DNA of 64,000 nucleotides from a virus (Duplodnaviria; Heunggongvirae; Uroviricota; Caudoviricetes): IMG/VR virus record IMGVR_UViG_2880412407_000011; one strand, 5' to 3'. Shown piece by piece: positions 1 to 10,081 of this stretch (position 1 is its first letter; each line of letters starts with the position of its first letter). The notes under the pieces were generated by a model. It saw only the letters and a program-made list of their open reading frames with translations, ran no database searches and was not told where the DNA came from. The position numbers and the translations under genes were made by a program.

Positions 1-19
1 ACCGGCTGGCGAGGTTCTG

Positions 20-1528
20 ATGGCAATTCTTGATGATGTGATTGGCGTTTTTTCACCAGGATGGAAAGCGGCAAGGCTGCGTTCCCGTGCGGTGATCCAG
101 GCTTATGAGGCCGTAAAAACGACGCGGACACACAAAGCCCGACGGGAGAACCGAACTGCCGACCAGTTAAGCCAGTACGGGGCCGTGTCGTTACGTGAGC
201 AGGCCCGTTACCTTGATAACAACCACGATCTGGTCATTGGTGTATTTGACAAGCTGGAAGAACGGGTGGTGGGGAAAAACGGGATTATTGTCGAGCCACA
301 TCCGGTATTACGCAATGGGGCCATTGCCCGTGATCTGGCAGCGGAGATACGCACCCGATGGAGTGAATGGTCTGTCAGTCCGGAAGTCACCGGGCAGTTT
401 ACCCGTCCGATGCTGGAACGTCTGATGCTGCGTACCTGGCTGCGCGATGGTGAGGTGTTTGCCCAGATGGTTTCCGGGCGCATAAACAGCCTGACGCCTT
501 CTGCCGGTGTTCATTTCTGGCTGGAGGCGCTCGAGCCAGACTTTATTCCCATGACCAGTGATGAGAGCAACAGGCTGAATCAGGGCGTGTTTGTTGATGA
601 CTGGGGGCGTCCCGAAAAATATCTGGTGTATAAAAGTCGTCCTGTATCCGGACGGCAGATGGAAACCAAAGAAGTGGATGCAGAGCGAATGCTGCATCTT
701 AAATTTGTTCGCCGTCTGCACCAGATGCGCGGGACGTCTTTGTTGTCCGGTGTGCTGATCCGCCTCAGTGCCCTGAAAGAGTATGAAGATTCTGAGCTGA
801 CTGCAGCAAGGATCGCCGCTGCTCTGGGGATGTACATCCGGAAAGGCGACGGGCAAAGCTATGAATCGGATGGTAATGGCAGCAAGGAGAATGAACGCGA
901 GCTTACCATTCAGCCAGGCATTATTTACGACGATCTGAAACCCGGCGAAGAAATCGGAATGGTGAAGTCGGATCGTCCCAATCCTAACCTTGAAACTTTT
1001 CGTAATGGTCAGTTGCGTGCCGTGGCGGCGGGCAGTCGTCTGAGTTTTTCCAGTACGGCACGCAACTATAACGGCACTTACAGCGCCCAGCGTCAGGAAC
1101 TGGTTGAGTCTACTGATGGCTACCTGATCCTGCAGGACTGGTTTATTGGTGCCGTCACCCGCCCGATGTACCGTGCTTGGCTGAAACAGGCTGTGGCATC
1201 CGGTGTTATCAGGCTACCCCGCGATCTGGACCGATCTTCACTGTATACCGCGGTGTATTCCGGACCGGTGATGCCGTGGATTGACCCTGTTAAGGAGGCT
1301 GAGGCCTGGAAAATTCAGATTCGTGGTGGAGCGGCGACAGAATCAGACTGGGTACGTGCAGGTGGTCGTAATCCAGATGATGTCAAACGTCGGCGCAAGG
1401 CCGAAATTGATGAAAACCGCAAGCTGGATCTGGTATTTGATACCGATCCGGTCAGTGATAAAGGAGGCAGCAGTGCCGCAACGAAACGACAGGAGCCGCA
1501 GCACACCGACGACCAGTCCGAAGAATAA
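20..1528 (+). CDS. phage portal protein (prophage X)
   Basis: 502-aa ORF immediately upstream of the prohead protease/capsid gene; size and position typical of a portal; not lambda B-like. Confidence 0.65.
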   Translation: MAILDDVIGVFSPGWKAARLRSRAVIQAYEAVKTTRTHKARRENRTADQLSQYGAVSLREQARYLDNNHDLVIGVFDKLEERVVGKNGIIVEPHPVLRNGAIARDLAAEIRTRWSEWSVSPEVTGQFTRPMLERLMLRTWLRDGEVFAQMVSGRINSLTPSAGVHFWLEALEPDFIPMTSDESNRLNQGVFVDDWGRPEKYLVYKSRPVSGRQMETKEVDAERMLHLKFVRRLHQMRGTSLLSGVLIRLSALKEYEDSELTAARIAAALGMYIRKGDGQSYESDGNGSKENERELTIQPGIIYDDLKPGEEIGMVKSDRPNPNLETFRNGQLRAVAAGSRLSFSSTARNYNGTYSAQRQELVESTDGYLILQDWFIGAVTRPMYRAWLKQAVASGVIRLPRDLDRSSLYTAVYSGPVMPWIDPVKEAEAWKIQIRGGAATESDWVRAGGRNPDDVKRRRKAEIDENRKLDLVFDTDPVSDKGGSSAATKRQEPQHTDDQSEE

Positions 1529-1541
1529 TTCCTGGTTCAGG

Positions 1542-3203
1542 ATGCAGGCAGGTCACCAGAGTGACGCGGATATTTATATTTATGACGAGATTGGTTTCTG
1601 GGGGGTTACGGCGAAGCAGTTTATCAGTGATCTGAATGCACTGGGCGATATCACCCACATTAATCTCCATATTAATTCACCGGGTGGCGATGTCTTTGAA
1701 GGCATCGCCATTTTTAATGCGCTGAAAACACATGGTGCGTCCATTACCGTTTATGTCGACGGTGTGGCGGCGTCAATGGCGTCGGTCATTGCGATGGTGG
1801 GAAACCCGGTCATTATGCCGGAAAACACTTTCATGATGATTCATAAACCATTTGGCTTTACGGGCGGTGATGCGGAGGACATGCGCACCTATGCCGACCT
1901 GCTCGATAAAGTTGAGGCGGTTCTGTTACCCGCTTATGCACAGAAAACCGGGAAAACCACCGATGAAATTGCTGCCATGCTGGCGGATGAGACCTGGATG
2001 TCCGGTGCCGAATGTCTGGCACATGGATTTGCTGATCAGGTAACGCCAGCCGTTAAGGCAATGGCATGTATTCAGTCAAAACGTACAGAGGAATTTAAAA
2101 AGATGCCGGAATCCATTCGAAACATGATTACTCCGCCACGCAACAGTGCTCCACGCGTACAGGATGATGAACCTGCAGCCTCCCGGACGCCAGTGCAGGC
2201 AGCAGCACCCGTGGTGGATGAAAACAGTATCCGTGCGCAGGTACTGGCAGAGCAAAAAGCGCGTGTAAACGGTATTAATGATCTGTTTGCCATGTTTGGC
2301 AGGCGTTATCAGACGCTGCAGGCTCAGTGTCTTGCCGATCCTGAATGTTCGCTGGAGCAGGCCCGCGAAAAGCTGTTGAACGAGATGGGGCGCGAGTCCA
2401 CGCCATCCAATAAAAATACCCCGGCTCATATTTATGCCGGTAACGGTAATTTTGTGGGGGACGGGATCCGCCAGGCGCTGATGGCGCGTGCCGGATTTGA
2501 AAAAACCGAACGTGATAATGTCTACAACGGGATGACCCTGCGTGAATATGCCCGTATGTCACTGACTGAACGGGGTATTGGGGTTTCCAGTTATAACCCG
2601 ATGCAGATGGTCGGTGCGGCGTTCACACACAGTACGTCTGACTTCGGTAATATTCTGCTGGATGTTGCGAACAAAGCCATTCTGCAGGGCTGGGAAGATG
2701 CTCCTGAAACCTATGAACAGTGGACGCGGAAAGGTCAGTTGTCTGATTTTAAAATTGCCCATCGTGTGGGTATGGGGGGCTTCAGTGCTCTGCGTCAGGT
2801 GCGTGAAGGGGCGGAATATAAATACGTCACCACCGGAGATAAACAGGCCACTATTGCACTGGCGACCTATGGCGAGCTGTTCAGTATCACCCGTCAGGCC
2901 ATTATCAATGATGATCTGAATATGCTGACCGATGTCCCGATGAAGCTGGGCCGTGCGGCGAAATCCACCATTGCCGATCTGGTTTATGCCATTCTGACGT
3001 CTAACCCGAAAATCTCCACAGATAATGTAAGTCTGTTCGATAAAGCGAAACATGCAAACGTACTGGAGAGCGCTGCAATGGACGTGGCATCGCTGGATAA
3101 AGCCCGCCAGTTGATGCGCGTTCAGAAAGAGGGGGAGCGTCATCTGAATATTCGTCCTGCGTTCGTACTGGTACCGACGGCGATGGAGTCTGTTGCTAAC
3201 TAG
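1542..3203 (+). CDS. prohead protease (ClpP/S14-like) - scaffold - major capsid fusion protein, ended by an in-frame TAG
   Basis: ATG at 1542 gives MQAGHQSDADIYIYDEIGFWG... with a ClpP-like motif (INSPGGDVFEG); C-terminal half resembles a Mu gpT/HK97-type major capsid; stop TAG at 3201-3203. Confidence 0.7.
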   Translation: MQAGHQSDADIYIYDEIGFWGVTAKQFISDLNALGDITHINLHINSPGGDVFEGIAIFNALKTHGASITVYVDGVAASMASVIAMVGNPVIMPENTFMMIHKPFGFTGGDAEDMRTYADLLDKVEAVLLPAYAQKTGKTTDEIAAMLADETWMSGAECLAHGFADQVTPAVKAMACIQSKRTEEFKKMPESIRNMITPPRNSAPRVQDDEPAASRTPVQAAAPVVDENSIRAQVLAEQKARVNGINDLFAMFGRRYQTLQAQCLADPECSLEQAREKLLNEMGRESTPSNKNTPAHIYAGNGNFVGDGIRQALMARAGFEKTERDNVYNGMTLREYARMSLTERGIGVSSYNPMQMVGAAFTHSTSDFGNILLDVANKAILQGWEDAPETYEQWTRKGQLSDFKIAHRVGMGGFSALRQVREGAEYKYVTTGDKQATIALATYGELFSITRQAIINDDLNMLTDVPMKLGRAAKSTIADLVYAILTSNPKISTDNVSLFDKAKHANVLESAAMDVASLDKARQLMRVQKEGERHLNIRPAFVLVPTAMESVAN

Positions 3204-3500
3204 GTCATTCGCTCTTCAAGTGTCAAGGGGGCTGACATTAACGCCGGTATTATTAACCCGGTGAAAGATTTTGCGACCGTTATTGCAGAGCCTCGTCTTG
3301 ATGATAACAGCCAGACCACCTTCTACCTGGCTGCGTCCAAAGGCTCCGATACGATTGAAGTGGCTTATCTCAACGGTGTGGATACGCCATATATTGATCA
3401 GATGGAGGGCTTCAGTGTGGATGGCGTGACAACGAAAGTGCGTATTGACGCCGGTGTCGCGCCAGTTGATCACCGCGGTCTGGTGAAATGTACGGCGTAA
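3204..3500 (+). other. in-frame open continuation of the capsid ORF downstream of the amber codon (99 codons)
   Basis: Same frame as 1542-3203; no stop for 99 codons; capsid-like C-terminal sequence (TFYLAASKG...VAYLNGV...). Confidence 0.5.
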
Positions 3501-3523
3501 ACGTCGCAGACAACAACTCTGAT

Positions 3524-3545
3524 GGCCCGTAAGGGCTTTTTTTGT
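3524..3545 (+). terminator. putative intrinsic terminator after capsid gene
   Basis: Short GC stem (gccc-gtaa-gggc) followed by a 7-T run. Confidence 0.4.
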
Positions 3546-3586
3546 ACCTGAAATCAGCCTCTGAACGGGGCTGTGCGGAGACAGTT

Positions 3587-3910
3587 ATGGCAAAGAATTT
3601 TGTAGAAGAAGGAAAAACGGTGGCGATTGTTGCCAGTGCAGCCATCAGCAGCGGAGATCTGGTGCAGGTGGGTGATGTTTTTGCGGTGGCGCTGACCGAT
3701 ATTCCACAGGGTGAAACAGGCGACGGCATGACCGAAGGTGTGTTTATCCTGCCTAAACTGAAAACGGATGACATGAAAACGGGTAAGAAGGTTTATCTGA
3801 AGTCCGGAAAAGTTCAGCTGACTAACAGCGGCTCTGATCCGCTGGTCGGGGTTGTCTGGGCAGATGCCGGAACCAGTGCAGAAGAAGTGCCGGTAAAACT
3901 CAATGTCTGA
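3587..3910 (+). CDS. hypothetical head-associated protein
   Basis: 107-aa ORF with GGAG Shine-Dalgarno 7 nt upstream; sits between capsid and head-tail joining genes. Confidence 0.4.
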   Translation: MAKNFVEEGKTVAIVASAAISSGDLVQVGDVFAVALTDIPQGETGDGMTEGVFILPKLKTDDMKTGKKVYLKSGKVQLTNSGSDPLVGVVWADAGTSAEEVPVKLNV

Positions 3911-4178
3911 TCCCTTTTCCCGGCTGGCAGCGCGTATGGATGCGATCACGGTCAGAAAGATGGGAAAGACAGCCTCGATTAATGATGTCGATATGGCTGT
4001 GATCCCGGGCGAAACACTGGCAGAGCTGAATGCTCTGTCCGGACCTGCGGTCTCTCTGGTGGTGTTTTCTTCGGGATACCGCCCACGGCGCGGGGATCGC
4101 GTTGTTTATGACGGACAACAATGGACGGTCACACGGCATGAACGTTTTAACGGTAAGCCAATGATCTTTATTGAGTAA
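3903..4178 (+). CDS. head-tail joining protein (lambda FII-like)
   Basis: 91 aa; spacing pattern (RGD...W) resembles lambda FII; start overlaps upstream stop. Confidence 0.5.
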   Translation: MSDPFSRLAARMDAITVRKMGKTASINDVDMAVIPGETLAELNALSGPAVSLVVFSSGYRPRRGDRVVYDGQQWTVTRHERFNGKPMIFIE

Positions 4179-4189
4179 AGAGGTGTGGG

Positions 4190-4768
4190 ATGAAGGGGCT
4201 TGAGAATGCCATCCGCAATCTGAACAGCCTTGATACCCGTATGGTGCCACAGGCCAGCGCATGGGCGATAAACCGTGTGGCACAGAAAGCGGTCTCGGTT
4301 GCCACCAGGCAGGTTGCCGGGAATACCGTTGCGGGAGATAACCAGGTGAAAGGGATCCCCCTGAAACTGGTACGTCAGCGTGTCCGGGTGTTTAAAGCCA
4401 GTCCGTCAGGAAAAATGACGGCCAGGATCCGCGTTAACCGGGGCAATCTGCCCGCCATTAAGCTGGGGACAGCCCGGGTCAGACTGGCCCGGCGTGGTGG
4501 AAAACTGCAGTACCGTGGCAGTGTGCTGAAGGTGGGTAAATATCTTTTCCGGGATGCGTTTATTCAGCAACTGGCGAATGGTCGCTGGCATGTGATGCGG
4601 CGTATTGATGGCAAAAATCGTTACCCCATTGATGTGGTGAAAATCCCGCTTTCCGGACCGCTGACACAGGCATTTGAAGATGCCCGCGACCGCATCATTG
4701 CTGCGGAAATGCCGAAACAGCTGGGGTATGCACTGAAACAACAACTGAGGTTATGGCTGACCCGATGA
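4190..4768 (+). CDS. Z: tail completion protein Z-like
   Basis: 192 aa; conserved C-terminal block GRWHVM.R..GKNRYPIDVVKIP shared with lambda gpZ and with the ORF at 57670. Confidence 0.8.
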   Translation: MKGLENAIRNLNSLDTRMVPQASAWAINRVAQKAVSVATRQVAGNTVAGDNQVKGIPLKLVRQRVRVFKASPSGKMTARIRVNRGNLPAIKLGTARVRLARRGGKLQYRGSVLKVGKYLFRDAFIQQLANGRWHVMRRIDGKNRYPIDVVKIPLSGPLTQAFEDARDRIIAAEMPKQLGYALKQQLRLWLTR

Positions 4769-5166
4769 ACCGACATACACAAATCCGCCAGGCCGTACTG
4801 GCACGCCTTCGGGAACAGTGTGGAGACAGCGCCACGTTTTTTGACGGGCTTCCGGCATTTATTGATGCGCAGGAACTGCCTGCCGTGGCGGTGTGGCTGA
4901 GTGATGCTCAGTACACCGGAAAAATGACGGATGAAGATGACTGGCAGGCTGTTCTGCATATTGCTGTCTTCATCCGAGCACAGGCACCGGATTCAGAGCT
5001 GGATATGTGGATGGAGAGCACCATTTTCCCGGCCCTGAATGATATACCGGCACTTTCCGGACTCATCGACACCCTGATCCCTCTCGGTTTTAACTATCAA
5101 CGTGATAATGAGATGGCCACCTGGGCGATGGCGGAAATCACGTACCAGATCACGTACACGAATTAA
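4753..5166 (+). CDS. U: tail terminator protein U-like
   Basis: 137 aa; motifs FFDG.PA...PAVAV.L..A.YTG...D.W.A.LHI.VF..AQ.PDSELD.WMES shared with lambda gpU. Confidence 0.8.
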   Translation: MADPMNRHTQIRQAVLARLREQCGDSATFFDGLPAFIDAQELPAVAVWLSDAQYTGKMTDEDDWQAVLHIAVFIRAQAPDSELDMWMESTIFPALNDIPALSGLIDTLIPLGFNYQRDNEMATWAMAEITYQITYTN

Positions 5167-5177
5167 AGGAGGTGGCA

Positions 5178-5921
5178 ATGACCACACCAAATCCACTGGC
5201 AAAAACGAAAGGTGCGGGAACGACGTTCTGGATGTACACCGGCAAGGGCGATGCGTTTGCGAACCCTTTATCGGACACTGACTGGCTGCGTCTTGCGATG
5301 GTGAAGGATCTGCAACCTGGCGAAATGACCGCTGATGCAGAAGATGACTCTTATCTCGATGATGAAGATGCAGACTGGAAAACGACAACCCAGGGGCAGA
5401 AATCCGTCGGTGATACTTCGGCGACGCTGGCCTGGCGTCCGGGTGACAGCGGGCAGAAAAAACTGGTTCAGTTGTTCGACTCCGGTGAAGTCTGCGCGTT
5501 TCGTATCAAATATCCCAACAGCACTGTTGATGTTTTCCGTGGCTGGCTGAGCTCAATGGGTAAAACCATTGCCTCAAAAGACGTGATGACCCGCACTGTG
5601 AAAATCAGCGGTGTGGGGCGTCCGTATCTGGCAGAGGAAGGCACTGAAACCGTGAGCGTTACCGGGCTGACAGTATCACCGGCATCTGCCAGTGTAAAAG
5701 TGGGAGCAACCACCACGCTGACCTTTACAGTAAAACCTGACGGAGCCAGTGACAAAGCGATCAGTGTGCATTCGTCAGATCCACAGACTGCCACGGTTAC
5801 CCTGAACGGACTTGTGGCCACGGTAAAAGGCGTGAAGCAGGGCAGTGTCAGCATTGTGGGCATGACCGCTGACGGGAATTTTGTGGCTGTGGCTGCGGTG
5901 ACTGTCAGCGCAGCAGGTTAA
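5178..5921 (+). CDS. V: major tail protein V-like with C-terminal Ig-like domain
   Basis: KGAGTT.W.Y.G.GD..ANPLSD.DW.RLA.VKDL.PGE.TA...[12 protein letters not shown] motif as in lambda gpV; AGGAGG SD upstream. Confidence 0.85.
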   Translation: MTTPNPLAKTKGAGTTFWMYTGKGDAFANPLSDTDWLRLAMVKDLQPGEMTADAEDDSYLDDEDADWKTTTQGQKSVGDTSATLAWRPGDSGQKKLVQLFDSGEVCAFRIKYPNSTVDVFRGWLSSMGKTIASKDVMTRTVKISGVGRPYLAEEGTETVSVTGLTVSPASASVKVGATTTLTFTVKPDGASDKAISVHSSDPQTATVTLNGLVATVKGVKQGSVSIVGMTADGNFVAVAAVTVSAAG

Positions 5922-5941
5922 CAGGACGATACTCATCATTT

Positions 5942-5965
5942 GCCCCGGTTATTCGGGGCTTTTTT
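5942..5965 (+). terminator. intrinsic terminator downstream of V
   Basis: gccccg-N6-cggggc hairpin followed by TTTTTT. Confidence 0.5.
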
Positions 5966-5978
5966 GCAGGTGGAGAAC

Positions 5979-6368
5979 ATGATGTTTCTGAAACAGGACA
6001 CGTTTAATTATGAAAAACAGTCCGTGGTGCTCAGTGAGCTGTCCGGGCTGCAGAGAATTGAATATCTGACGTTTGTTCAGCAGCGAACGGCAAAGTTTGA
6101 TGCCGGGGAGGGAGAACTGCCGGAGGCTGAACGACAGATTGCTTTTCTGCGGATGGGGATGGATATCAATGCCTGGCTGGTTTCCCGCTCACTGTGGAAT
6201 GCGGAACAGTCTCAGGATGTTGAGACGCTTTACGCATCCGTTATTACAACATGGTCGTATGATGCCCTGGGTGCGGGGGCGGAGATGGTTCTGTCGCTGA
6301 GCGGTATGGGGGCCATTGATAATGCCGGGGATTTGGAGCATGAGGTGCTGACGCCGGAAAAGTCCTGA
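5979..6368 (+). CDS. G: tail assembly chaperone G-like
   Basis: Position between V and tape measure; MFLKQDTF... N-terminus like lambda gpG (MFLKTE...). Confidence 0.7.
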   Translation: MMFLKQDTFNYEKQSVVLSELSGLQRIEYLTFVQQRTAKFDAGEGELPEAERQIAFLRMGMDINAWLVSRSLWNAEQSQDVETLYASVITTWSYDALGAGAEMVLSLSGMGAIDNAGDLEHEVLTPEKS

Positions 6369-6706
6369 CGCGGGAAATGCAGTTTGTCATGCGGCTTGCC
6401 CGGGAGTTCCGGCGGGCAGACTGGCGGCGGATGCTGTCGGAAATGTCGGCCACTGAGCTTGGTGAGTGGGGCGATTATTTCCGGATGCAGAGCTTCAGTG
6501 ATGTGTGGATGGATGCGCAGTTTGCCTCGCTGAAGGCATTGATCGTGAGAATGGTGTCCGGCAGCAGTGATGCTGCGGTGGCTGATTTCAGCCTTTTACC
6601 GGAAGAGAACGGGATACCGGAGCGAACGGACGAAGAACTGATGCATCTTGGGGAAGGTATTTCCGGAGGTGTGCGTTATGGACCAGATAGCCAACCTGGT
6701 CATTGA
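6344..6706 (+). CDS. T: tail assembly chaperone T-like frame (expected G-T fusion by -1 frameshift)
   Basis: -1 frame relative to G, open from 6344; overlaps G 3' end; ends in ISGGVRYGP motif like lambda gpT. Confidence 0.6.
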   Translation, partial: GADAGKVLTREMQFVMRLAREFRRADWRRMLSEMSATELGEWGDYFRMQSFSDVWMDAQFASLKALIVRMVSGSSDAAVADFSLLPEENGIPERTDEELMHLGEGISGGVRYGPDSQPGH

Positions 6707-9700
6707 TTTGGGGATTGATGCGGCAGAGTTTAAAAATGAAATTCCCCGTATCAAAAACCTTCTGAATGGTGCAGCCAGCGATGCAGAACGGTCTTCTGCC
6801 CGTATGCAGCGTTTTATGGAGCGTCAGACTCAGGCCGCCCGGCAGACAACGCAGGCGGCGTCTTCGGCTGCAACAGCCGCATCCGTCCATGCGCAGACGG
6901 TGGAGAAGAACGCACAGGCTCATGAACGCATGGCCCGCGAGGTGGAGAAAACCCGCCAGCGTATGGAGGCACTGAGCCAGAAAATGCGCGAGGAACAGGC
7001 GCAGGCCATGGCTCTGGCGGAGGCTCAGGATAAAGCAGCTGCTGCGTTTTATCGTCAGATTGACAGTGTGAAACAGGCCAGTGCGGGGCTGCAGGAATTA
7101 CAGCGTATTCAGCAGCAGATCCGACAGGCCAGAAACAGTGGCGGGATTGGTCAGCAGGATTATCTGGCGCTGATTTCTGAGGTTACGGCGAAAACCCGTG
7201 TTCTTACGCAGGCTGAGGAAGAGGCTACCCGACAGAAAGTGGCGTTTATCCGTCAGCTTAAAGAGCAGGCAACCCGCCAGAATCTTTCTTCTTCTGAGTT
7301 GCTTCGTGCTAAGGCTGCCCAGCTGGGGGTAAGCAGTGCTGCAGAAGTGTATATCCGCAAAATGGAGCAGGCAGGAAAAGCCACGCATTCGCTGGGTCTG
7401 AAAAGTGCAGCGGCCCGCCAGGAGATAGGCGTTCTGATAGGTGAACTGGCCCGCGGCAATTTAGGGGCGCTGAGGGGATCCGGGATAACGCTGGCTAACC
7501 GTGCCGGATGGATAGACACTCTGATGTCACCGAAAGGCATGATGCTTGGCGGGGTTATTGGCGGTATTGCCGCGTCCGTCTATGGTCTGGGTAAAGCCTG
7601 GTATGACGGTCAGAAGGAGGGGGAAGAATTTAACCGCCAGTTGTCGCTGACGGGGCATTATGCCGGAGTCACTGCCGGGCAGCTGTGGACGCTCAGTCGT
7701 GCTATTTCCGGGAATGGTATCACGCAACATGCTGCAGCCGGTGCGCTGGCTCAGGTGGTGGGGAGTGGTGCATTTCGTGGAAACGATATCGGTATGGTGG
7801 CGAGAGCTGCCGCACAGATGGAGCGATCGGTTGGCCAGTCGGTCAGCGATACCATAAATCAGTTTAAGCGGCTGAAGGATGATCCTGTAAATGCCGCGAA
7901 GGCTCTGGACAATGAGCTGCATTTTCTTACTGCCACTCAGCTTGAGCAGATACGTGTCCTTGGGGATCAGGGACGGTCCAGTGATGCTGCACGGATAGCC
8001 ATGTCTGCACTGGCAGAGGAAACCGGTCGGCGTACTGCGGATATTGATAATAACCTCAATGCGCTTGGCAGTACGCTGAAGTATCTGTCTGATTTGTGGA
8101 GTCGTTTCTGGGATGCGGCCATGAATATTGGTCGTGAAGACTCGCTGGATGAACAGATTGCCGCTTTACAGGAGAAAGTGTCGCGGGCGAAAAGACTCCC
8201 CTGGACGGCATCATCTTCTCAGGTTGAATTCGATCAGCAGCGTCTTAACGATCTTCAGGAGAAAAAACGCCAGAAGGATTTGCAGGATGCAAAAGAGCAG
8301 GCAGAGCGGAATTATCAGGAGCAACAGAAACGACGTAATGCTGAAAATGCTGCACTGAACCGGATGAATGAAACGGAAGCAGCACGACATCAGCGTGAAA
8401 TTGCGCGTATTAATTCCATGCAGTACGCCGATCAGGCTGTCAGGGATGCAGCGATACAACGTGAAAATGAACGTTACGAGAAAGCCCTGGCATCCGGTAA
8501 GAAAAAAACACGCGAAACCCGTAATGATGAGGCCACCAGGTTATTGCTGCAGTACAGTCAGCAACAGGCACAGGTGGAAGGACAGATTGCTGCTGCAAGA
8601 CAGTCAGCAGGCATTGCCACTGAAAAGATGACAGAAGCGCATAAACAGCTTCTGGCTCTGCAGCAGCGCATCAGCGATCTGGACGGGAAAAAACTGACGG
8701 CAGATGAAAAGAGTGTGCTGGCCCGTAAAGATGAACTGATTCAGGCACTGACGCTGCTGGATGTAAAACAGCAGGAGCTTCAGAAACAGACGGCACTCAA
8801 CGATCTGATGAAAAAAACAATTCAGCTGACCAGTCAACTGGCTGAAGAAGAGCGCGCTCAGCGTCAGCAACATGACCTGGATATCGCCACGGTGGGTATG
8901 GGTGATCAGCAGCGGCAGCGATATCAGGTACAACTGAGTCTTCGCCAGAAATACCAGCAACAGCTGGAGCAGTTGAGGCGGGATAGTGAGCAGAAAGGGA
9001 CATATAACACGGATGACTACAGAAAGGCCGAGCAGGCGCTGACGGAGAGCCTGAACCGACAACTGAATGAGAATCGCCGTTACTGGCAACAGCTTGAAGT
9101 TGTGCAGGGTAACTGGAAAAACGGAGTCCTGCGTGCATTTCAGGATTTTACCGTGGATGCAGACAATACGGCAGGAACAGCAGAACAGGTGTTCTCGTCA
9201 GCCTTCAGCAACATGGGAAATGGCCTGGCAACTTTTGTCACTACCGGCAAACTCAACTTCAAATCCTTCACCTCTTCGGTGCTGTCAGATACGGCGAAAA
9301 TCCTGGCGCAGGCAACCATGATGAAATCGATAAAAGGGATTGGCAGTGTACTGGGATTTGATCTCAGCAGCCTTTCCCTGAATGCCAATGGGGGGATTTA
9401 TCAGTCTGCTGATTTGAGTCGTTACAGTGGCACGGTGGTTAACCGTCCGACGTTTTTTGCTTTTGCAAAAGGCGCGGGTGTGATGGGGGAAGCTGGACCT
9501 GAAGCCATTCTGCCACTGCGTCGTGGTGCTGACGGTAAGCTGGGGGTTGTGGCGGATATTGGTGGTTCAGGTATGGCGATGTTTGCCCCGCAGTACAACA
9601 TCGAGATCAATAACGATGGCACGAACGGGCAGATAGGTCCGGCTGCCCTGAAGGTGGTTTATGACCTTGGGAAAAAAGCGGCAGCGGACTTTATGCAACA

Positions 9701-9743
9701 GCAGGCCCGTGATGGTGGTCGGTTAAGTGGAGCATATCGGTAA
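6678..9743 (+). CDS. H: tail tape measure protein
   Basis: 1021 aa, coiled-coil/Q-A-rich, N-terminal DQIANLVIDLGIDAAEF similar to lambda gpH start; follows G/T. Confidence 0.85.
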   Translation: MDQIANLVIDLGIDAAEFKNEIPRIKNLLNGAASDAERSSARMQRFMERQTQAARQTTQAASSAATAASVHAQTVEKNAQAHERMAREVEKTRQRMEALSQKMREEQAQAMALAEAQDKAAAAFYRQIDSVKQASAGLQELQRIQQQIRQARNSGGIGQQDYLALISEVTAKTRVLTQAEEEATRQKVAFIRQLKEQATRQNLSSSELLRAKAAQLGVSSAAEVYIRKMEQAGKATHSLGLKSAAARQEIGVLIGELARGNLGALRGSGITLANRAGWIDTLMSPKGMMLGGVIGGIAASVYGLGKAWYDGQKEGEEFNRQLSLTGHYAGVTAGQLWTLSRAISGNGITQHAAAGALAQVVGSGAFRGNDIGMVARAAAQMERSVGQSVSDTINQFKRLKDDPVNAAKALDNELHFLTATQLEQIRVLGDQGRSSDAARIAMSALAEETGRRTADIDNNLNALGSTLKYLSDLWSRFWDAAMNIGREDSLDEQIAALQEKVSRAKRLPWTASSSQVEFDQQRLNDLQEKKRQKDLQDAKEQAERNYQEQQKRRNAENAALNRMNETEAARHQREIARINSMQYADQAVRDAAIQRENERYEKALASGKKKTRETRNDEATRLLLQYSQQQAQVEGQIAAARQSAGIATEKMTEAHKQLLALQQRISDLDGKKLTADEKSVLARKDELIQALTLLDVKQQELQKQTALNDLMKKTIQLTSQLAEEERAQRQQHDLDIATVGMGDQQRQRYQVQLSLRQKYQQQLEQLRRDSEQKGTYNTDDYRKAEQALTESLNRQLNENRRYWQQLEVVQGNWKNGVLRAFQDFTVDADNTAGTAEQVFSSAFSNMGNGLATFVTTGKLNFKSFTSSVLSDTAKILAQATMMKSIKGIGSVLGFDLSSLSLNANGGIYQSADLSRYSGTVVNRPTFFAFAKGAGVMGEAGPEAILPLRRGADGKLGVVADIGGSGMAMFAPQYNIEINNDGTNGQIGPAALKVVYDLGKKAAADFMQQQARDGGRLSGAYR

Positions 9744-10072
9744 TGGAGACGTTTCACTGGAAAGTGCGCCCGGATATGAATGTGGTATCAGAGCCGAAAG
9801 TGGTGACAGTGAAGCTGGGCGATGGTTATGAACAGCGTCGTGCGGCGGGACTGAATAACCAGTTGTCGACTTACAGCGTGACGATACGTGTTCGTAAATG
9901 TGAACACCCATCTTTAAAAGCCTTTCTGGAACGGCACGGTGGCGTCCGCGCATTTCAGTGGACGCCACCTTATGACTGGAAGCCGAACAGGGTGGTTTGT
10001 CGTAAATGGTCGGCAAGCGTGGGGGCGTTGTGGGTAACCATAACGGCAGATTTTGAACAGGTCGTGGCATAG
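9743..10072 (+). CDS. M: minor tail protein M
   Basis: 109 aa; FHWKVRPDM...FGDGYEQR...TYSVT...FL..HGG...F.WTPPY lambda gpM-like. Confidence 0.85.
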   Translation: METFHWKVRPDMNVVSEPKVVTVKLGDGYEQRRAAGLNNQLSTYSVTIRVRKCEHPSLKAFLERHGGVRAFQWTPPYDWKPNRVVCRKWSASVGALWVTITADFEQVVA

Positions 10073-10081
10073 GAGTCTCTG

